Source: Felis catus
Lineage: Eukaryota
Assembly (NCBI RefSeq): GCF_018350175.1
Contig: NC_058368.1
Location: 80,354,001-80,418,000, forward strand
Direction: 5' to 3'
Length of the DNA: 64,000 nucleotides
A program made the position numbers and the translations under genes. Positions 11,391 to 23,993 of the stretch are shown piece by piece; within the stretch, counting starts at the first letter, position 1; every line of letters starts with the position of its first letter. Under the pieces are notes generated by a model, which did not search any database, was not told the origin of the DNA, and saw nothing but the letters and a program-made list of their open reading frames with translations.

Positions 11391-11599
11391 TGGAATTGAG
11401 ATTGCTTACAGCTGGAGAGAAACATCAAGTCCAGCTGTAAAATACAGTGGCGGCTTCGTCTTCCGTCCTTTTGTCGGGGGGTGCTGCAGCTGCTTTTCCA
11501 GAAATGACCCTGTTTCTCTGTGTAGAACCCAGGGGTGGAGAGACACGGTAATCGTCCTGTTGACTCCCCTCTTGATTGAATCCGAGTAGACCCAAAATT

Positions 11600-11720
11600 A
11601 GCTCAGTCGCTTCCGTGTGTAGGTGAGGAGACTGAGGCCCAGAACGATGAAGTCGCTCAAGTCAGTGGTAAGGCTCCTGAGCCAGACCTGGGTGGTCTGG
11701 TCACCGAGGCCAGTGCCCAC
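11600..11720 (-). mobile_element. MIR fragment
   Basis: AGGTGAGGAGACTGAGGCCCAGA...CTCAAGTCA core. Confidence 0.55.
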
Positions 11721-12625
11721 GCTGCTGTCTGAGCCTGGGCCTGGCCTCCCTCCTGCAGGCGTGGGGGGAGGTGCTGTCTGTGGAGAGCAGAGGCCTTCAG
11801 TAGATGTGTGTTAAGTATATAATCAATCCGTGAATTGACAGAAAAGACATTTTCTTTTCTTTCTTTGACATTTTCTTTTCTAACTTCTAAATGTTCTATG
11901 ATCACACCTAGGACAGAATTTCAAACTTGGGTAAAGGAAATGTTTTTAGGATAGATGTATAGGCCATTAGAAATGCAGTATTTCTAAATGATTAATATTT
12001 GAGAAATGGAATTTGGTTAGATTTTGGTCACCCAATGCATTTGATATTTTCTACTATGAAGTTTCAAAAGAACAGATGTAAATAATTGTTTGTAGGGTTT
12101 ATTAACAATTTATCCACTTACAAAGATGCTTGAAATGGTTTGCTGTCCCCCAAATTTATTTCTGCATGAGAGATTGCTTGATAGTGATTTGTTTTCTCTA
12201 CTGTTGTATTTAAGCATCTTTTGGCTGCAACTAACGGTCACGGACTGACTAGGCCTTTAGCAGAGATGGAAGAGAAACCTTTCAGAAAATCCAGGAAGCA
12301 GAGTGGCGCTGGGGACAGGTGGTGATGAGATCTTCACAGATGTGACCTGAGGAACAGCTCTGCACAGGTGGAGAAGACACATGTGGCCCCAACTATGGCC
12401 AAGGGCAGATGGCTTGCTAGATGCTGAGCCACGAGTCTGGCTTGGACAGTCAGGTACTGTGTTTGGAGTAAACTTTTCCATTTTTAAAATCCTTCTTGCC
12501 CTGATAGATGCTGTGTTTAAAACGGGTAATTACACTGCCACCATGGCAACCAGGCTGGATTTGGCTTCATTCTTTCCGCATTACTTGGGATATGCTCAGG
12601 GAATGGAAATTAACTTTTATATTTC

Positions 12626-12870
12626 TTTCTTTTTTTTATACATGTTTGCACACTTTATTTTTTAAAAATTTTTTAACATTTATTCATATTTTGAGAGACA
12701 GAGCATGAGCGGGGGAGGGGCAGAGAGAGGGGGAGACACAGAATCTAAAGAAGCCTCCAGGCTCTGGAACTGACAGCACAGAGCCCGACGCGAGGCTTGA
12801 AACCACAGACCGTGAGATCATGACCTGAGCTGAAGTCGGACGCTTAACCAACTGAGCCACCCAGGCGCCC
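12626..12870 (-). mobile_element. SINEC_Fc-type SINE with extended 3' tail
   Basis: 15-bp TSD TAACTTTTATATTTC at 12611 and 12871. Confidence 0.92.
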
Positions 12871-14189
12871 TAACTTTTATATTTCAAGGTAAGTAAAAAT
12901 TAGGTGGTGAGGACTATAATTATTCTGTGGTCAATACACATGATTTTCAAAATATTTGTGACACTTTGCATCATTGATCTGCTCCCTAAACATGATTAAA
13001 ACTTGGCCAACAGTGAAATACTCTCAGGGCACAAAGATCTGCCAGAAAACATCAGGTAGTTGAAGGCAGTGACCCATAAGGATGGACTTTCCTGGAACCT
13101 TGCACGGCTCATCATTCGGTGTCAAAGGCTAATAAGGAGCATTTCACTTTGCAAATTTTGAAACCTTATTCCTGGACTCAAGAACATTAACAAAAGGGGA
13201 GACCCAACTGAGCTGCAGAAGGGAAGGGTGAGAACAGAATGTGTGAGGACAATTCTGAAAACAGTTTGCGGGTTTATTCATGTTACTCTGTATTTAAAAG
13301 TTATCTGAACATTCAGTGTCCAGTAAGCACATCATTCACACTTACAAACCTCTGACAGGACCTGCCGGTGTGGAGCAAATCTTAGAGGCTGCAATTCCTG
13401 CCACTGAGTTTGTACCAGCACAACCTACTTTTTGAAAAATACAAAACAGCTGAACAGACCACAGGGGAGCAAATTGGTTCATACTGGCAAAAACTTACTG
13501 TGGCGGGATTACTGTTATAACCGGGGCCAATGTCTTGCGGAAACAAGATACACGGACGGATATGCTAATTTTATTTCTTCTTTTGCTCCTATAAGGCTAC
13601 TTCACAGTAAGAGTCTTAGAACAATTTTATTTATATTTTTTTAGTATCTGGCATAGGGAAGAAGGCAACAAATGACATCTCTGGCTTCACAGGGAAGTGG
13701 TGACACCATGGTGTGCGTGTGACAAGACTGTTCTGTCACCTGAACCATTCTGTCCCCCTTGACAATAGGGCAGCTTGGGATCTTGACAGCTGAGGGTGCC
13801 AGGCCAATATTCCTGAAGTGCAGAAAAGCAGAAGACAACAAAATCAAACACATAACATTGAGAGAATTGGTGTCTCAATCTATGGAAGCCACGAAAGACT
13901 CCTCATCAATACGATGGACCAAGCCTCAAACAGTAAAAAGACTGGATATATTTCACATGCGGGAGGGAAAATGTTTGAAATACGTACCCAAGAGCAACCA
14001 CGAGAAAGGAGATTTCCCAAAGCAAATCAGAGTAAGAATAGGAGGCAGTTGCTGAAGAGACCACCAAGGCCACCAAGGCCCGGCTGCTTACAGTGCCCAC
14101 TGCTGGCCCAGCGGGAATGTGGGGGCAGGCGGGCACCCCAAGCCCATGGCTATGCATCTTTCCCAGAACTTTTTCTGGTTACCAGCACA

Positions 14190-15425
14190 GTGACTTTTCT
14201 GTTGGAACCGCTAAGGTGTGAGATTTGGATCTGAGGCTTCTTGGGGTTGCCTTGCCCACCACGTGGAGAAAGTCTGCCTGGAAAACGGAGATAAGTGTAG
14301 TCCCTGGTGGCATCGTTTGAATCCCTGGAATGGCGAATTGTGCGAGTCAAGAAACCCTTTTGTGGACTTCAAGCTTTATTACAAAGCTGTAATCATCAAG
14401 ACAGTATGGTACTGGCACAAGAACAGACAGTCAGATCAATGGAACAGAATAGAGAACCCAGAAATGGACCCACAGACAATGGCCAACTAATTTTTGACAA
14501 AGCAGGAGAGAATATCCAATGAAATAAAGACAGTCTCTTCAGCAAGTGGTGCTGGGAAAACTGGACAGCGACATGCAGAAAAATGAGCCTGGACCACTTT
14601 CTTACACCAGACACAAAAATAAACTGAAAATGGATGAAAGATCTCAATGTAAGACAGGAAGCCATCAAAATCCTCGAGGAGAAAGCGGCAAAAACCTCTT
14701 TGATCTCGGCCGCAGCAACTTCTTACTCAACACGTCTCCAGAGGCAAGGGAAACAAAAGCAAAAATGAACTACGACCTCATCAAAATAAAAAGCTTCTGC
14801 ACAGTGAAGGAAGCAATCAGCAAAACTAAAAGGCAACCGACAGAATGGGAAAAGATATTTGCAAACGACATATCAGATAAAGGGTTAGCATCCAAAATCT
14901 ATAAAGAACTTAACACACTTAACACCCCGAAAACAAATAATCCAGTGAAGAAATGGGCTAAAGACATGAATAGACACTTCTCCAAGGAAGACATCCAGGT
15001 GGCCAACTGACACATGAAAAAATGCTCAACACCACTCATCACCAGGGAAATGCAAATCAAAACCACCATGAGATACCACCTCACCCCTGTCAGAATGGCA
15101 AACATGAACAACTCAGGCCACAACAGATGTTGGTGAGGATGCGGAGAAAGAGGATCTCTTTTGCATTGTTGGTGGGAATACAAGCTGGTGCAGCCATTCC
15201 GGAAAACAGTATGGAGGTTCCTCAAAACTTAAAAATAGAACTACCCTACGACCCAGCAATTGCACTACTAGGTATTTACCTAAGGGATACGAGTGAGCTG
15301 TTTCAAAGGGACACATGCACCCTCATGTTGATAGAAGCACTATCAACAATAGCCAAAGTATTGAAAGAGCCCAAATGTCCATCGATGGATGAATGGATAA
15401 AGAAGATGTGGTGTGTGTGTACATA

Positions 15426-15461
<36 letters not shown>

Positions 15462-15875
15462 GGATTACTCGGCAATCAAAAAGAATGCAATCTTGCCATT
15501 TGCAATACGTGGATGGAACTGGAAGGTATTATGCTAAGTGAAATTAGAGAAGGACAAAAATCTTATGACTTCACTCATATGAGGACTTTAAGAGACAAAA
15601 CAGATGAACACAAGGGAAGAGAGGCAAAAATAATATAAAAACGGGGAGGGGGACAAAACAGAAGAGACTCATAAATATGGAGAACAAACTGAGGGTTACT
15701 GGAGGGGTTGTGGGAGGGGGGATGGGCTAAATGGGGGAGGGGCACTAAGGAATCTACTCCTGAAATCATTGTTGCACTACATGCTAACTAACCCGGATGT
15801 AAATTGAAAAAAAAAATTAAAAAAAACCCTTTTGTTCTTCAGCTAGTCCACGTTGGGTTTGTACACTGACCAAAT
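14190..15875 (+). mobile_element. Ancient MaLR (MLT1-type) LTR split by an L1 insertion
   Basis: Removing the L1 rejoins GAGTCAAGAAACCCTTTTGT|TCTTCAGCTAGTCCACGTTGGGTTT, resembling an MLT1 3' end. Confidence 0.5.
14364..15823 (+). mobile_element. 5'-truncated young L1 (ORF2 C-terminus, 3' UTR, A tail)
   Basis: Translates to [33 protein letters not shown] and [20 protein letters not shown], with frameshifts. 12-bp TSD AAACCCTTTTGT at 14352 and 15824. (CA)n at ~15431-15458. Confidence 0.95.
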
Positions 15876-15974
15876 CTACCACCACCTACGCTGCCCAGCC
15901 CTGCTAACCTCCCCAGCATCACAGCTGTGTCTGTCTTCACAGATCTCTGTCCAGGGTATTACGTACACGCCTCT

Positions 15975-16385
15975 CTGGTGGTTTTGAAACCACAAATTTC
16001 TCACTCCTCCCATTAAAGGCGGGGCCTAGTTCCCCTCCCCTGGCCTCTGGATGAACCTTCCAGCCTGTGCTCAGAAGGAGACTGCGTCCAGCCGGCCGAG
16101 AGGCCTCGAGACTACCCAGGTGAGGGTGGACAGGGCAGCATAGCTCCGGCCCAGCCCGGTCCACAGAGGCTCACCCTGAGACTCAGCCACCCACCAAGGC
16201 CAGAAGGGTATTCCTGCCACAACTTCAGCAGAGTCTCTGGGCAGCCAGAGCCTCCCACCAGACGCACGAACAAGCCCGCAGGTGGTTCCAACCCCAGGTG
16301 ACGCCGAGTGCACAGCCCTGCCCAAACCGCAGAGGCTCAGGAAAGTTAACTTGGGGTGTTTTGTTACGCAGCAGTAGGTAACCTG
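15975..16385 (+). mobile_element. MaLR LTR (MLT1E/F-like)
   Basis: Starts GGTGGTTTTGAAACCACAAATTTC..CTCCTCCCATT and ends TTGGGGTGTTTTGTTACGCAGCAGTAGGTAAC. Confidence 0.65.
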
Positions 16386-17775
16386 TGCAAAGATACGGTT
16401 TCCCTTTGCCCTGTACGTAAATGGCATCGTATCCTCTGTATTGATCTTACACTAATTTTTTTCCTAGGTAACACTTTGCCCTGGAGATCTTTGCATGTCA
16501 GTACATAAAGATTAATTGACATATAATTAACTACTGCAAATAATTTTGTCCTAACTTATATAAACACTCCTCTGTTGGTCAACATGTAGATTGCTTCAAC
16601 TTGTTCCTTACTGCAAACCATTCTAAGGTGAGTATCTCTGTGTTGGTCTCATCATGCACGTGGGAGCATTTCTCTACGATACACAGAAATGAAATTGTAA
16701 GAGAAGAACGTCACACTTTTATCTTTCTGCCAAATTGCCCAAAAGGCTGTGCCCTTTTGCACTTATACCAGAGTATATGAGAATATTTCCCTCCCCTTAT
16801 CTTTATCATTGCTGGATATTAACACGTTTTCCTATCTTGAGAAAAAGATATAATTGTATGGTTATTATGTATTATAGATGAACTACTTAAATATTACATA
16901 TTTTATACATATTATATAGTACATATTGCGTATTTTATATATAAGTATGTGTATTTAAATATACTTTGCACTTCCCTTGTTTGTAGTGATTTTCTGCAAC
17001 TCTTCAGGTGAATATTGGCCATTTGTATTTATACTAACGTCATTAATTGTCTTATTGCTTTATTATGTGCAAATATTTTCTCCCAGTCTGTTGTTGTTAC
17101 TTTGGTTTATGGCATCTTTTGTCATAAAGAAGCTTTAAATTTTGAGATTGGCTGCTCTGAACTTTTTGTCCTTATAAGGGTTTATATTTTGCTTAAGAAA
17201 GTCTTTTCCATCCTAAGATTAGAAAATATTCTCTATTCTTTATATTTAAAAAAAAACCCTTCTTTATCCATCTGGAATTTATTTGGTGTTTGGGGTGGGG
17301 AGTTCCCGAAACTGCTGGAATACAATGGGGAAGTGGGGGCGATGCCGTGAGGCATGGCAGATACACCCAGAAGCTAGAGGCTATGGCTGTGCTCTGGGTG
17401 GTTGAGGGGGGGGTGGTGTCGGGTGACCAGTGAGGTTGTTTCCTGTCTCCAAGGCTCAGTTTTGTGAAATGGTAACAATATGTATCCCTCAGTGTGTTTC
17501 CATGAAGTTCAGGCAAGACAAGTATATAAAAGTGCGTGGAACTTAAAATAATGTTGCATATTAACCCTCACCATGTATTTAGCCAAATGGATGGTCCATT
17601 GTCTCAATCCAATGCCAAATCGTCCACTACTTTCTCACTCCTATGAAATGTCAACTCTAGTATATGCTGAGGTTCCATAAATACACAGATGTCTCCAGTT
17701 TCCACTTACTGACTGATCTGCAGCAACGTGCTCCAGTGTTTTTGTTGCAGTAGCTTTATAGTACCTATCAAAATT

Positions 17776-17985
17776 CTTTTTAATGTTTATTTATTTTTGA
17801 GAGAGAGAGAGACAGAGCATGAGTGGGGGAGGGGCAGAGGGAGGGAGACACAGAATCTGAAGCAGGCTCCAGGCTCCGAGCTGTCAGCACAGAGCCCGAC
17901 ACGGGGCTCGAACTCGCAAACCACAAGATCATGACCCTGAGCTGAAGTCGGATGCTTGACCGACTGAACCACCCAGGCACGCCCT
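17776..17985 (-). mobile_element. SINEC_Fc-type SINE
   Basis: Antisense consensus match. Confidence 0.92.
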
Positions 17986-17995
17986 TCTAGTATCT

Positions 17996-18200
17996 ATTTT
18001 TTTTAACTTTTATTTATTATTGAGAGACAGGCTCAGCATGAGCAGGGAAGGGGGAGAGGGCGAGACACAGAATCCAAAGTAGGCTCCAGATTCTGAGCTG
18101 TCAGCACAAAGCCCGACGCGTGGCTCGAACTCGCAAACCGCAAGATCATGACCCTGAGCTGAAGTTGGATGCTTAACCGACTGAGTCACCCAGGTGCCCC
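17996..18200 (-). mobile_element. SINEC_Fc-type SINE
   Basis: TSD TCTAGTATCTATTTTT at 17986 and 18201. Confidence 0.92.
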
Positions 18201-18899
18201 TCTAGTATCTATTTTTATATATAATAGGGCAAACATTCTATTACTTTCCATTAACTATTGGAGAATATCTATATATTTGCTATTTGAATCTTCTCTTGTG
18301 GGTGTGTCATGTGTTTCCATTCACTTACGGCATCTACTATATCCTTTAGTGAAGTTTGGTAGTTTTCCTCCTATCTCTTATTGGAACTTTGCATTTTAAT
18401 TGCTACCGTACATGGACCAGTTTTTCCGTGACTTTGCTTTATTGGCTGTTATTTGCATGTAGGAAAGCAGTTAAATTCTGTATGTTGGTCCTTGATCTGG
18501 CCATCTTGCTTGATTGGAAATTTCCCATTATTTGTAGAAATTCATTAGCTAACTGAGATTTTCTGGGTAAAGGATCAGCACCACAGGATTCTGGGTACCT
18601 AGAGTTTTTATGGCTCTGGTTACTTCCTGCTTGACATGGGGTGAAGACTGGGGGTAGAGGAACGGAACCTTTCCACACGTGCCTAGAAATATTCTTGAGT
18701 TTCCAGATGGAACCCAACCTTCTGCATTACCAGGACTTTTGCACTTTGGTTATTAGTTTTTGTACCGTATTTATCTAGGACTTTAGGGGAGAGCTGCCGT
18801 GACCAAGCAGCATGTTGTACTTACTGATTGATTTCTTCAGACTGGCTCTCCTAAATCGTTGTGTCAGGTCTGTCACAGGTTGAATGGTCCAAGCCTGGT

Positions 18900-20520
18900 T
18901 CTTTTCTATGGCTTCCTTGCTGACAGGGTGTGGGGAACCTGTGGATGCCTGTAGTTCCAGGGTGGTGAATCCACGGCTTAATTCCTTGTAGTTTTACTGA
19001 GGAATGGGTGGTCAACAGCACCTCGTAAAGTCCTGTCCCATGAAGTTAGAGCTGGTCCTCCAGGCACCTGCCCTTCCAGGTCTTTATTGACACCACGTCT
19101 CCAGGATTCAGGTCAGGAGCAGGCACATCTGTGGGTTCGTCAGCCTGCTAGAAGCAAACTTATGTATCAAATGTACCTGATCATATCCAACTCCCTAAGT
19201 GTGAGCCTGTCAGGAATTCCTAAGTCATGAAAAGGGTGTACAGTCTTCCACATAACATCTCAGAGGAGCTTGAACCAAGCATACTTCTGGGGGTCACACT
19301 CACCCAAGGCAGGACAGCCAGCCAAGGCTTTTTCCCCAAGTTAAGTTGATTTCTCGGCATATCTTTGCCAAAGTTCATTTTTTCTGTTTTTCCAATTGGT
19401 TGGGGTCTGCAGGAAGCACGTAATTTCTATAGAATGACCAAGGCAATAGGGGCGCCTGGGTGGCTCAGTCGGTGAAGCGTCCGACTTCAGCTCAGGTTCC
19501 TGGGTTTGAGCCCCGCGTCAGGCTCTGTGCTGACAGCTCGGAGCCTGGATCCTGCTTCGGATTCTGTGTCTCGCCCTCTCTCTGCCCCTCCCATGCTCAT
19601 GCTCTGTCTCTCTCAATAATAAATAAATGTTAAAAAAAATTAAAAAAAAAAAAAAAAGAATGACCAAGGCATTGGACATTGCTTGTGTGACTTTTGCCAC
19701 AAATGCCAACCTGTTGTCACTCTGAATTGTTAGCGGCAGTCCAAACCTAGGAATGCCGTCATTTACAGGTGTTTTGACAACTTCTGAAGTCGGAACAGCA
19801 TGGGGAAAGCCCAACCCAACTTGTAAAGTTGTCTACTGAAATACTAGCAAATATCAAGAATTACCCTGTTGTTTTTGGCTACCCTGTTGGTGAAGGCTAC
19901 CTGGCAGGCTTCTCCACGTCTAGGGCCTCTACATTGTATACCTCTTAGAACTGGTAGGGGCCCAGCTTTAGGGTTGTTTTTTAACACAGATGTCACATTT
20001 TTGAAGAGATCTCTGAAGATCGGGACCTGCGATATATTTCTGGGTCCACTGAAGATCTTTATTGATATCCATAAAGGGTGCTTTGGTGAATGTGGTTAAT
20101 TACTTCTTCCATAAGATATTTTGGGAAAATGGTTCATTATATTTGCAGCCAGCTTTAGAGTCAGCGTGGTGTCCAAATCCCCATTGCTTAGCTCTTCTCG
20201 GGCCCTCCAAGGAATATTGGGGTTGATATTTAGTTAAGTCTATGTCTGGTACTAAAGTCATCGTAGAGGGTTTTGGGGTCTTTGTTCCCTTAGGCAGTCA
20301 GTCTGATTCCTGGTGTCCTCAACAGTGGACTGCAGCTAACGGGTCACCCTGCATGCAGTTCTTTTTTGTCTTTGATCCATATAACTGTTCCCATCCATGA
20401 ACGTCTCAAAGTCTGAATTTTCCAATGGCAGACCTACCACATTGGGATGACTGGAATAAACTTGTTCAATTACCTGTATGCCTCCTTCTCTTTCTGAGTG
20501 GCCCACACCACACAATGACA
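18900..20520 (-). mobile_element. Decayed ERV1/gammaretrovirus-like pol remnant (RNase H and integrase)
   Basis: Minus-strand peptides EQVYSSHPNVVGLPLENSDFETFMDGNS (RNase H start), IPRFGLPLTIQSDNRLAFVAKVTQ (integrase core) and PGDVVSIKTWK...LYEVLLTT..VKLQGIKPWIHH (integrase C-terminus). Many stops and frameshifts. Confidence 0.88.
19449..19656 (+). mobile_element. SINEC_Fc-type SINE inserted in the ERV integrase
   Basis: TSD AGAATGACCAAGGCA at 19431 and 19657. Confidence 0.93.
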
Positions 20521-20829
20521 GGCATGAAGACTGTCTACACATGGGTCACTATGGCAAGTTCTCTCTGAGGTTGACTCAAGTTGCCCAGTTTCAGTCCGCA
20601 GGGCTTCGGGAAAAGGAGCAGTTTTAGTTCAATGATTCCAAGCCAAGAGAATGGGAGAAGACTGGAAACCTTAGTGTGAAGAGTCTTAGCCAGATGTTCA
20701 AGGAAACCAGAAGAATTCAGGATCCTGCCCAGTTTTATAGACAAACAACAAACACTGGAAGATAACTAATCAGAACTAGAATCTAACATCAACAAAGCTG
20801 TGTTACTGAAACATGACTTTTCTCTCTCT

Positions 20830-21052
20830 CTTTTTTAAATTTTATTGTTTATTTTTGAGAGAGAGAGACAGACAGACAGACAAAGCTCGATTGGGGGAGG
20901 GGCAGAGAGAAACGGGGAGACACAGAGTCCAAAGCAGGCTCCAGGCTCTGAACTGTCAGCACAGAGCCTGATGCGGGGCTCGAACTCCAACTGTGAGATC
21001 ATGACCTGAGCTGAAGTCGGCTGCTTAACCAACTGAGCCACTCAGGCGCCCC
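20830..21052 (-). mobile_element. SINEC_Fc-type SINE
   Basis: Antisense consensus match. Confidence 0.92.
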
Positions 21053-21067
21053 GACTTTTCTTTCTTT

Positions 21068-21230
21068 TAAAAAAATATTTATTTGTTTTTGAGAGGGAGG
21101 GAGAATCCCAGGCAGACTTTGCACTGTCAGCGCAGAGCCCGATGTGAGGCTCAATCTCCCAAACTGAGATCATGACCTGAACCAAAACCAAGAGTCAGAC
21201 GCTTAGCCAACTGAGCCACCCAGGTGCCCC
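21068..21230 (-). mobile_element. Can-SINE
   Basis: Antisense consensus match (CAAGAGTCAGACG subtype). Confidence 0.88.
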
Positions 21231-21262
21231 TGATTTTTCTCTTTAAAATCACCCTTATTTCT

Positions 21263-21482
21263 GGGGTGCCTGGGTGCCTCAGTTGGTTGAGCGAACGACT
21301 TTGGCTCAGGTCATGATCTCACGGTTTGTGAGTTTGAGCCCCACATCGGGCTCTGTGCTGACAGCTTGGAGCCTAGAGCCTGCTTCGGATTCTGTGTCTC
21401 CCTCTCTCTCTCTGCCCCTCCCCTACTTGTGCTCTGTCTTTCTCTGTCTCAGAAATAAATAAGCATTAAAAAAATTTTTTTA
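21263..21482 (+). mobile_element. SINEC_Fc-type SINE
   Basis: Flanked by AAATCACCC(T)TATTTC. Confidence 0.92.
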
Positions 21483-23071
21483 AATCACCCTATTTCCAAA
21501 GATAGCCAAATTAAGACTAATTTATTTGTAAATCTGTCCAATTTTAGCAAAGTTGGCCTGATTATTTACACAAGCACAGCAAGAATAATGATTGGCCACA
21601 TAGTTGTTGTTTTTTGTTTTTTTAAATTTGCTTTACTGGAACTGTTCATAAGAAATTTCAGGTTGAGTTTTTAACAGCTTCTTGAGACTAAGAAGCCACG
21701 CCAAATACTTGCCATCAGATTTCACCCGTAATACCTATAGATTTGAGTGAATTCCTCTCTTCTCAAAGTCCCCAAATATCCTGACACTCCTGTGCCTGCC
21801 GGGAAATGGTCTTTTTTACGCACTTGGGGAGGCTTCTGGGAACCCTATAAATAGCAACGTACCAGGTCAATTCTTTGAAGGGGCTCTATTGGATTCATAA
21901 AGTTGACCTTATCTCCTTAAAGTTGTCTGGACATGTCCAAGTCTATACCTGTCTCTCTCAAATACGATAACCCAGCCAAAGCCTTAGTAATATGACCAGT
22001 GTTCCAATGGTGGCCTATTACAAGAAGACCAGATTCTTATTGAACTTATGCAAATAAATATATTGCCATGAAAATATAAAAATACTGAGAGTTTCTGATT
22101 TCTGAAGGGATCACATAGAGAGAAAAAGATAGTTTTCCTATTTGTTTACAAAGGAATATTTTACCAAATATCTAAAAGTCATAGGTAGCTTTAACTCTGG
22201 AAGAGCAAACATTAGAGAACCAGCCGTGTTTCAAACAAGAGTGTTGGGTGCAATTTTCCCATTAGTTCCAGAAATTCTCACTCTTACTTTTATGATCTTA
22301 AAGGTATCAGAGACATGTATTTGTCGTAACAGTGCAATTGACAAGGAAATTCTGTGACACATAACATGTCAATAATTGGGGCTACAAGTGATGGCATTAT
22401 ACCAGGACATACAAAAACCACAGGCCTTTATATAATTTCTGGAACAGTTACAGCATCCAACCATATAATATAACCTAAGAAGGTTATCATCACTTATTTC
22501 ACAATGCTTCCCATGTGATTTGATATACCAAATAAACAAGCAAAATTAGTAAAAAAGACTTCATTTAGAAGTTGAACTTTGGGAGACATTCATCATGCAA
22601 ATGGATGCCAAAAGAAATCTAGGGTAGTAATACTTAGATTGGACAAAATAGACTTTAAAACAAAGACTGAAACAAGAGACAAAGAAGGAATACCAAAACA
22701 AAGGGGACAACCCAACAAGAAGAGATAACAATTATAAGTATTTATGCACCCAACATAGACTATCCCAAGTACCTAAAACAATAATAACAAACATAAAAGA
22801 AATAATCAATAGTAAATACAATAATATTAGGGGACTTTAACACCACACTTACATCAATGGATGGATCATCCAAACAGAAAATCAACAAGGAAACACTGGC
22901 TTTGAATGACACACTGGACCAGATGGACCTGCCAGACATATTCAGAGCATTCCAAAATACACATTCTTTTCAAGCGCACACGGAACTTTCTTCAGAATAG
23001 ATTATACATTAGACCACAAAACAAGCCTCAACAAATTAAAAAAGATCAAAGTCATATCATGCATCTTTTCT

Positions 23072-23279
23072 TTATTTTTCTTTTTTTGTTTATTTATTTA
23101 AGAGAGAGAGAGAGAGCAAGTGAGGAAGGGGAAGAGAGAGAAGGAGACAGAATCCCAAGTAGGCTCTGCACTGTCAGCACAGAGCCTGATGCAAGGCTTG
23201 AACCTACAAACCGTGAAATCATGACCTGAGCCAAAATCAAGAGTCAGACGCTTAACTGACTGACCCACCCAGGCGCCCC
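23072..23279 (-). mobile_element. Can-SINE inside L1
   Basis: Flanked by TGCATCTTTTCT. Confidence 0.9.
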
Positions 23280-23748
23280 ACTGTGCATCTTTTCTGACCA
23301 CAATGTTACGAAAGTAGAAATCAACCACAAGAAAAAATCTGGAAAAACTGTGAGGACGTGGAGGTGAAATCACATGCCACTAAACAATGAATGAGTCAAC
23401 CAGGAAATCAAAGACATTGCATGGGAAACAGATGAAAATGAAAACACAATGGTCCAAAATCTTTGGTTACAGCAAAAATGGTTCTAAGAGGGAAGTTTAT
23501 AGCAACACAGGCCTCAAGAAGCAAGAAAAATCTCAGCCTAAACTTACACATAAAGGAGCTAGAAAAAAAAAAAAAAAGAGCAAACAAAACCCAAGCCCAG
23601 CATAAGGAAAGAATGAAGATTAGAGCTGAAATAAATGATATAGAAACTAAAAAAACAAAAACAAAACGAGAGAACAGATCAATGACACCAGGGGCTGGTC
23701 CCTCGGAAAAGATCACCAAGATTGATAAACCTCTAGCTAGACTCATTT

Positions 23749-23965
23749 AAAATTTTTTTTTTCAACGTTTATTTATTTTTGGGACAGAGAGAGACAGAGC
23801 ATGAACGGGAGAGGGGCAGAGAGAGAGGGAGACACAGAATCGGAAACAGGCTCCAGGCTCTGAGCCATCCGCCCAGAGCCTGACGTGGGGCTTGAACTCA
23901 CGGACTGCGAGATCATGACCTGGCTGAAGTCGGACGCTTAACTGACCGCGCCACCCAGGCGCCCC
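23749..23965 (-). mobile_element. Young SINEC_Fc-type SINE inside L1
   Basis: TSD TAGACTCATTT at 23738 and 23967. Confidence 0.93.
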
Positions 23966-23993
23966 GTAGACTCATTTTAAAAAAAGGACCCAA

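Larger units (their letters stand above)
16390..18560 (-). mobile_element. Ancient L1M fragments, interrupted by a MIR-like piece (~17430-17550) and two SINEs
   Basis: Degenerate antisense L1 motifs, e.g. TGCCAAATTGCCCAAAAGGCTGT and GCAAATATTTTCTCCCAGTCTGT. Confidence 0.6.

Noticed and set aside
12890..14050. Unique-looking stretch with 70-138 aa ORFs, a possible pseudogene
   Set aside because: No recognisable protein motif in the frames examined; it would need BLASTX.
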